From Mizuhopecten yessoensis (lineage: Eukaryota): a stretch of 64,000 bases of DNA. The stretch lies in NCBI RefSeq assembly GCF_002113885.1, contig NW_018480056.1, positions 257,369 to 321,368 on the forward strand, given 5' to 3'. A model generated the notes under the pieces. It had not been told where the DNA came from. It saw only the letters and a list, made by a program, of their open reading frames with translations, and made no database searches. Every line of letters begins with the position of its first letter. The first letter of the stretch is position 1. Shown here one piece after another: positions 62,301 to 64,000 of the stretch. The position numbers and the translations under genes are program-made.

Positions 62301-64000
62301 TTCAGATCCCGTCCAGTTTTTAAGAGGAGGAGGTAGGACTTTAACTTTATTAAAAGATTGAATTATTTTTCTGCACACACCTTTTTGGAGATAAGGAAGT
62401 TGTCCTTTTTTAAAGACTCAACTGTAAAAGATATCATTATATTTAAATTGAGATCTGCTGATAATTATCAAATTTTGATAGATTAATAAAAAGTAAACAT
62501 CTGTTAAATTTGTAGAAGAGACAGATGCTGTGATTTTGTCTCCGAGTCGGAAAAGTCCCGTCAGGAACGGCTCCATGGGTTACCCAGACCCGACCCAACT
62601 AATAGAGTCCGGTAAAATCCAGCTCCCAGTGGACGAGGACGACTACTTACAACCAAAGTCATCAAAACCCAGAGTGTACACTGATCTGATAGAGAACCCT
62701 GGTAAATATACATCCTATATACCTGTACCGTATTCAGGTAAATAAGATCCCCATCCCTTTTAGAAACCCATAATTTTTTTATCTATTCTGTGATTCTCAT
62801 CTTTTCACCATAATTTTATTTAAGTGACTTTAATATATTTGTATTACTTCTTTTTTTTTGAGAAATGAAAAAAGTTCTACAATCTTTCTAGCTTTTCCAA
62901 TTTGCTAACCTGTCAGGGTGCATATTACTTAAAAAACCAGATATTTAACGCCAAACCAGATATTTAATGTCAAACTTAACACTCACCAAAACTCAGGAAG
63001 CATTAGCTGTTAAAATATGTTTTTAAAATTGCAATTAACTCATCCCCCCTGATAACACATGTGTACTCTTCCAATTCAATGGTTGGAATAGTTCATTATG
63101 CAATTTCATGGGTGAATGAGTTAAACACATTTGTGTAAACTCCCTTTTACATACAGTTTGTCTAAGCTGAAGCTCAAGGGGGCTGGTACAGACCAATGAT
63201 TGAAGAGCAGTGTATTAATCAAAGCTGCATTTACCTAAGTTTGCAATAAATTGATGACTTTTTAAAACTCCTAAAACCATGATCCTTTGGAATTTAAACT
63301 TTTTGATTCATATTTGTTTCTGTCAAAGTCACCCCTGTTGATATACTCCCAGGCCATCTATCAAACAGCAAAGGTGTTGGCTAATCATTCAATGCCTTCA
63401 GTGGGTAGTTGGGTGGCACACTTGCCTTTCACCAAGGCGTCCAGGGTTCGATTCCCCGATCAGACGTGATAAGGTATGGGGTCACCTGCCCGACCACGTA
63501 GGTTTTCTCCTGGTACTCCAGTTTGCTCCCACATAAAGACCCCTGCCCACTAACATCCGGGCCAACAAAAGTGATTAGTATAAGTTGAAATATGACTTGT
63601 TTCATAATTCAAATTGTCAAAAAGAAAAAGATTTTTTTTTCAATGCCTTCCCTAACTGTGATTGAATACCTTAAGTGAGGCTTAAATTGAAGTTTTAGTT
63701 AGCTTAGCGAATATTCAGAATGATTCAAATGGTATCAACATACTTTGAAGTATCCTTAAACATAATTCAAGTTTTGAATTACATGAATTATTTGATAAAT
63801 AATAGGAATTACTTCTAAAATGATTTATGTGTTGGGGCTTAGTTATTAGATAGAATTTGTCATAAAACTAATGTTTATTATGGACTGTTTTTCAGATTAC
63901 ATGAATGACAACAGTGTTTTTGAGAACGATCCACCTTCAGAACCGGAACCCGTCCTCAATTTTGAGAATCCAGAATATTTTGAAGATATCAATAGTCCAA
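31957..64000 (+). CDS. EGFR: Epidermal growth factor receptor (EGFR/ErbB family RTK), multi-exon, 5' and 3' partial (26 coding exons in window)
   Basis: Spliced exons join in frame with GT-AG ends and give L1/CR1/L2/CR2 ectodomain, TM helix, kinase motifs [36 protein letters not shown], and EGFR-type tail motifs RYSSDP and NPEY. Confidence 0.97.
32974..33108 (+). CDS. EGFR: EGFR exon B (end of L1: [26 protein letters not shown])
   Basis: cag acceptor, gtaagt donor, 135 nt, phase 1/1. Confidence 0.95.
33350..33507. mobile_element. MITE with CAGTGGCAGATC TIRs (hAT-like termini)
   Basis: cagtggcagatctag / ctggatctgccactg; no clear TSD. Confidence 0.7.
34010..34440 (+). mobile_element. Decayed HINE-like element with aaggtcaaggtca core (related pieces at ~37740-37990 minus and ~48505-48715)
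   Basis: Repeated aaaggtcaaggtcatt and tagcaaattcattct motif shared with 48595. Confidence 0.45.
34770..34854 (-). mobile_element. TTAA MITE family A
   Basis: Reverse copy with both TIRs. Confidence 0.8.
35847..36015. mobile_element. Diverged MITE with imperfect ~30 bp TIRs
   Basis: acccagtttcactaagattccttaactta vs ttagtttagggaacattcacgaaattagggt. Confidence 0.4.
36824..37475. repeat. 26 bp minisatellite x~25
   Basis: tgattctttatttgatgtctgtgagt, nearly invariant. Confidence 0.97.
38002..38085 (+). CDS. EGFR: EGFR exon C (CR1 start: [28 protein letters not shown])
   Basis: tttcag acceptor, gtaagt donor, 84 nt; furin-like Cys pattern; not in ORF track. Confidence 0.93.
38240..38872. mobile_element. 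Tc1/mariner/pogo-like non-autonomous element with subterminal 18-bp repeats
   Basis: TIR ttattgattctaataat / attattagaaccaataaggta; attattagaacaca repeats at 38280 and 38797-38861. Confidence 0.6.
39248..39369 (+). CDS. EGFR: EGFR exon D (CR1: [11 protein letters not shown]...[19 protein letters not shown])
   Basis: ccag acceptor, gtaaag donor, 122 nt, phase 1/0. Confidence 0.95.
39464..39554 (+). mobile_element. TTAA MITE family B
   Basis: TTAA-CCCATTAACCCCT...GGGTGAATGAA-TTAA; internal aaagactgggcaagtccagtttaa. Confidence 0.75.
40303..40444 (+). CDS. EGFR: EGFR exon E (CR1 dimerization arm: [47 protein letters not shown])
   Basis: taag acceptor, gtaact donor, 142 nt, phase 0/1. Confidence 0.93.
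40710..40817 (+). CDS. EGFR: EGFR exon F (end of CR1: [16 protein letters not shown]...[10 protein letters not shown])
   Basis: gcag acceptor, gtaagg donor, 108 nt, phase 1/1. Confidence 0.93.
41383..41494 (+). CDS. EGFR: EGFR exon G (L2 start: [15 protein letters not shown]...[11 protein letters not shown])
   Basis: long polypyrimidine tract plus tag, gtatgt donor, 112 nt, phase 1/2. Confidence 0.95.
42138..42302 (+). CDS. EGFR: EGFR exon H (L2: ...[14 protein letters not shown]...[13 protein letters not shown])
   Basis: acag acceptor, gtacgt donor, 165 nt, phase 2/2. Confidence 0.95.
42395..43617 (+). mobile_element. TTAA MITE family A split by a ~1.15 kb hairpin-ended insertion (~42445-43590)
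   Basis: Left MITE half 42395-42444, right half 43591-43617; insert has a perfect 24-bp inverted repeat 43482-43505 / 43567-43590. Confidence 0.75.
44152..44351 (+). CDS. EGFR: EGFR exon I (L2 end: [17 protein letters not shown]...LCYANTVNF)
   Basis: gcag acceptor, gtaggt donor, 200 nt, phase 2/1. Confidence 0.95.
44862..45140. repeat. 69 bp tandem repeat x4 abutting the exon J acceptor
   Basis: aaatgtataaattatctccctttacagttaccagtattcacaaacaaattatgttgttaaacaatgtca. Confidence 0.92.
45162..45373 (+). CDS. EGFR: EGFR exon J (CR2: [22 protein letters not shown]...CKPCHKEC)
   Basis: acag acceptor, gtaagt donor, 212 nt, phase 1/0. Confidence 0.95.
45790..46465. repeat. 38 bp minisatellite x~18
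   Basis: catcataaccccgtcttctatataggtggaaggatgct. Confidence 0.95.
46779..46924 (+). CDS. EGFR: EGFR exon K (CR2: [10 protein letters not shown]...[27 protein letters not shown])
   Basis: gtag acceptor, gtaagt donor, 146 nt, phase 0/2; true frame differs from ORF-track frame. Confidence 0.93.
47340..47526 (+). CDS. EGFR: EGFR exon L (extended Cys-rich region: [16 protein letters not shown]...)
   Basis: acag acceptor, gtaaaa donor, 187 nt, phase 2/0. Confidence 0.92.
47839..47929. mobile_element. TTAA MITE, related family C
   Basis: TTAA-CCCTTTCACCACT...AGGGGTGAATGGG-TTAA with a different interior. Confidence 0.75.
48050..48304 (+). CDS. EGFR: EGFR exon M (extra furin-like repeats: [12 protein letters not shown]...[12 protein letters not shown]...CKTYKIY)
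   Basis: ttcag acceptor, gtgagt donor, 255 nt, phase 0/0. Confidence 0.94.
48735..50055. repeat. ~45 bp minisatellite spanning the 48784-49724 gap
   Basis: ggtttatttcactgcctttattatatca(t/g)ggggtaatttacac on both sides of the gap. Confidence 0.85.
48784..49724. other. Assembly gap
   Basis: N run. Confidence 1.
50082..50215 (+). CDS. EGFR: EGFR exon N (membrane-proximal: [16 protein letters not shown]...VCARDD)
   Basis: ttcag acceptor, gtaagt donor, 134 nt, phase 0/2; not in ORF track. Confidence 0.92.
50360..51240. repeat. ~20-23 bp degenerate minisatellite filling the intron before the TM exon
   Basis: gtaatgacatgatagttgtt variants. Confidence 0.93.
51259..51421 (+). CDS. EGFR: EGFR exon O (transmembrane helix [26 protein letters not shown] plus juxtamembrane)
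   Basis: acag acceptor, gtaaca donor, 163 nt, phase 2/0; ~24 hydrophobic residues with GxxxG. Confidence 0.93.
51575..51691 (+). CDS. EGFR: EGFR exon P (JM and kinase P-loop: [11 protein letters not shown]...[11 protein letters not shown])
   Basis: gtag acceptor, gtatgt donor, 117 nt, phase 0/0. Confidence 0.96.
51960..52244 (+). CDS. EGFR: EGFR exon Q (kinase N-lobe and hinge: [29 protein letters not shown])
   Basis: ttag acceptor, gtacat donor, 285 nt, phase 0/0. Confidence 0.97.
52819..52882 (+). CDS. EGFR: EGFR exon R (catalytic loop: [21 protein letters not shown])
   Basis: ccag acceptor, gtcagt donor, 64 nt, phase 0/1. Confidence 0.96.
52902..53300. mobile_element. Hairpin-ended non-autonomous DNA element (Crypton-like architecture)
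   Basis: ~150 bp near-perfect palindrome 52902-53052, then IR tatcacataat / attatgtgata. Confidence 0.65.
53432..53523 (+). CDS. EGFR: EGFR exon S (DFG and activation loop: [25 protein letters not shown])
   Basis: ttag acceptor, gtagac donor, 92 nt, phase 1/0. Confidence 0.96.
53933..54008 (+). CDS. EGFR: EGFR exon T ([25 protein letters not shown])
   Basis: gtag acceptor, gtaatg donor, 76 nt, phase 0/1. Confidence 0.96.
54430..54576 (+). CDS. EGFR: EGFR exon U ([11 protein letters not shown]...[23 protein letters not shown])
   Basis: gtag acceptor, gtaagc donor, 147 nt, phase 1/1. Confidence 0.96.
54549..54939 (+). repeat. 56 bp tandem repeat x7 made of the exon U 3' end plus its splice donor
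   Basis: attgacgtctacatgatcatgatcaaat|gtaagcttgtttgtccctttctggcttt. Confidence 0.95.
55362..55459 (+). CDS. EGFR: EGFR exon V (kinase end: [12 protein letters not shown]...[12 protein letters not shown])
   Basis: taag acceptor, gtaagt donor, 98 nt, phase 1/0. Confidence 0.96.
55994..56026 (+). CDS. Candidate alternative terminal exon ([10 protein letters not shown]-stop) giving a tail-less EGFR
   Basis: Long T-rich tract ending ctatag at 55993, then a short GC-richer phase-0 frame ending TAG; no transcript evidence available. Confidence 0.35.
   Translation, partial: NVGPDFGAHA
56665..56826 (+). CDS. Candidate alternative first C-tail exon ([54 protein letters not shown]), paralogous to exon W
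   Basis: atag acceptor in phase 0, GC-rich coding-like island, aligns by eye to exon W; possible donors after 56769 (gtacaa) or 56826 (gtatca), or read-through to stop at 57009. Confidence 0.6.
58737..60052 (+). mobile_element. HINE/Helentron-type non-autonomous element spanning an assembly gap
   Basis: 5' aggtcacctgag...ctcaagtgacct IR, (cgtc)n microsatellite, satellite-like core, 3' caggtgacc sub-TIR plus aggcccatgggcct hairpin, T-rich flanks. Confidence 0.85.
59000..59844. other. Assembly gap
   Basis: N run. Confidence 1.
60711..61079. mobile_element. TA-flanked MITE (pogo/Tc1-like)
   Basis: Perfect 16-bp TIR taccgtatttgccgta / tacggcaaatacggta. Confidence 0.8.
61175..61339 (+). CDS. 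EGFR: EGFR exon W (C-tail start: [21 protein letters not shown]...[10 protein letters not shown])
   Basis: ttag acceptor, gtaagt donor, 165 nt, phase 0/0; EGFR-like xDxLMRLPS and ADDYLQP. Confidence 0.93.
61620..61812 (+). mobile_element. Decayed SINE fragment sharing its 3' tail with the 9541 SINE
   Basis: tccttaaatgaccttagccgttaa matches tccttaaatgaccatagctgttaa at ~9700. Confidence 0.45.
62122..62332 (+). CDS. EGFR: EGFR exon X (C-tail with RYSSDP)
   Basis: ttcag acceptor, gtagga donor, 211 nt, phase 0/1. Confidence 0.92.
62516..62701 (+). CDS. EGFR: EGFR exon Y (C-tail: [11 protein letters not shown])
   Basis: gtag acceptor, gtaaat donor, 186 nt, phase 1/1. Confidence 0.9.
63035..63124 (+). 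mobile_element. TTAA MITE family A
   Basis: Both TIRs and family interior. Confidence 0.8.
63393..63610 (+). mobile_element. tRNA-derived SINE with V-domain-like core
   Basis: B box GGTTCGATTCC, core GGTTTTCTCCTGGTACTCCAGTTTGCTCCCAC. Confidence 0.75.
63896..64000 (+). CDS. EGFR: EGFR exon Z, runs off window (DYMNDNS...FENPEYFED)
   Basis: ttcag acceptor in phase 1; NPEY and YMN motifs. Confidence 0.9.

Overview
AT-rich animal genomic DNA; the repeat types (HINE/Helentron-type elements, V-domain-like tRNA SINEs) suggest a bivalve mollusc, which is an inference. The window holds most of one large + strand gene, an EGFR/ErbB-family receptor tyrosine kinase. I reconstructed 26 phase-compatible GT-AG coding exons from 31957 to the window end (about 4065 nt, about 1355 aa): L1, CR1, L2, CR2, an extra invertebrate-type Cys-rich region, TM, juxtamembrane, an intact kinase and a C-tail with DYLQP, RYSSDP, YMN and NPEY motifs. 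The signal-peptide exon was not found, so 1-31956 is probably part of a very large first intron. The gene continues past 64000. Introns carry many minisatellites, a TTAA-flanked MITE family (including nested and interrupted copies), hairpin-ended elements, HINEs, SINEs and three assembly gaps. Most interesting: (1) the intron after the last kinase exon holds an apparent duplicated paralog of the first C-tail exon (56665) and a candidate stop-containing exon (55994), suggesting a splicing switch for the signalling tail; (2) tandem repeats have amplified this gene's own splice donor and acceptor sites; (3) a bipartite NLS-like motif sits in the C-tail while the juxtamembrane basic cluster is reduced; (4) the dimerization arm is atypical. 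No prokaryotic features or CRISPR arrays. Almost all non-exonic ORFs in the ORF track are spurious.
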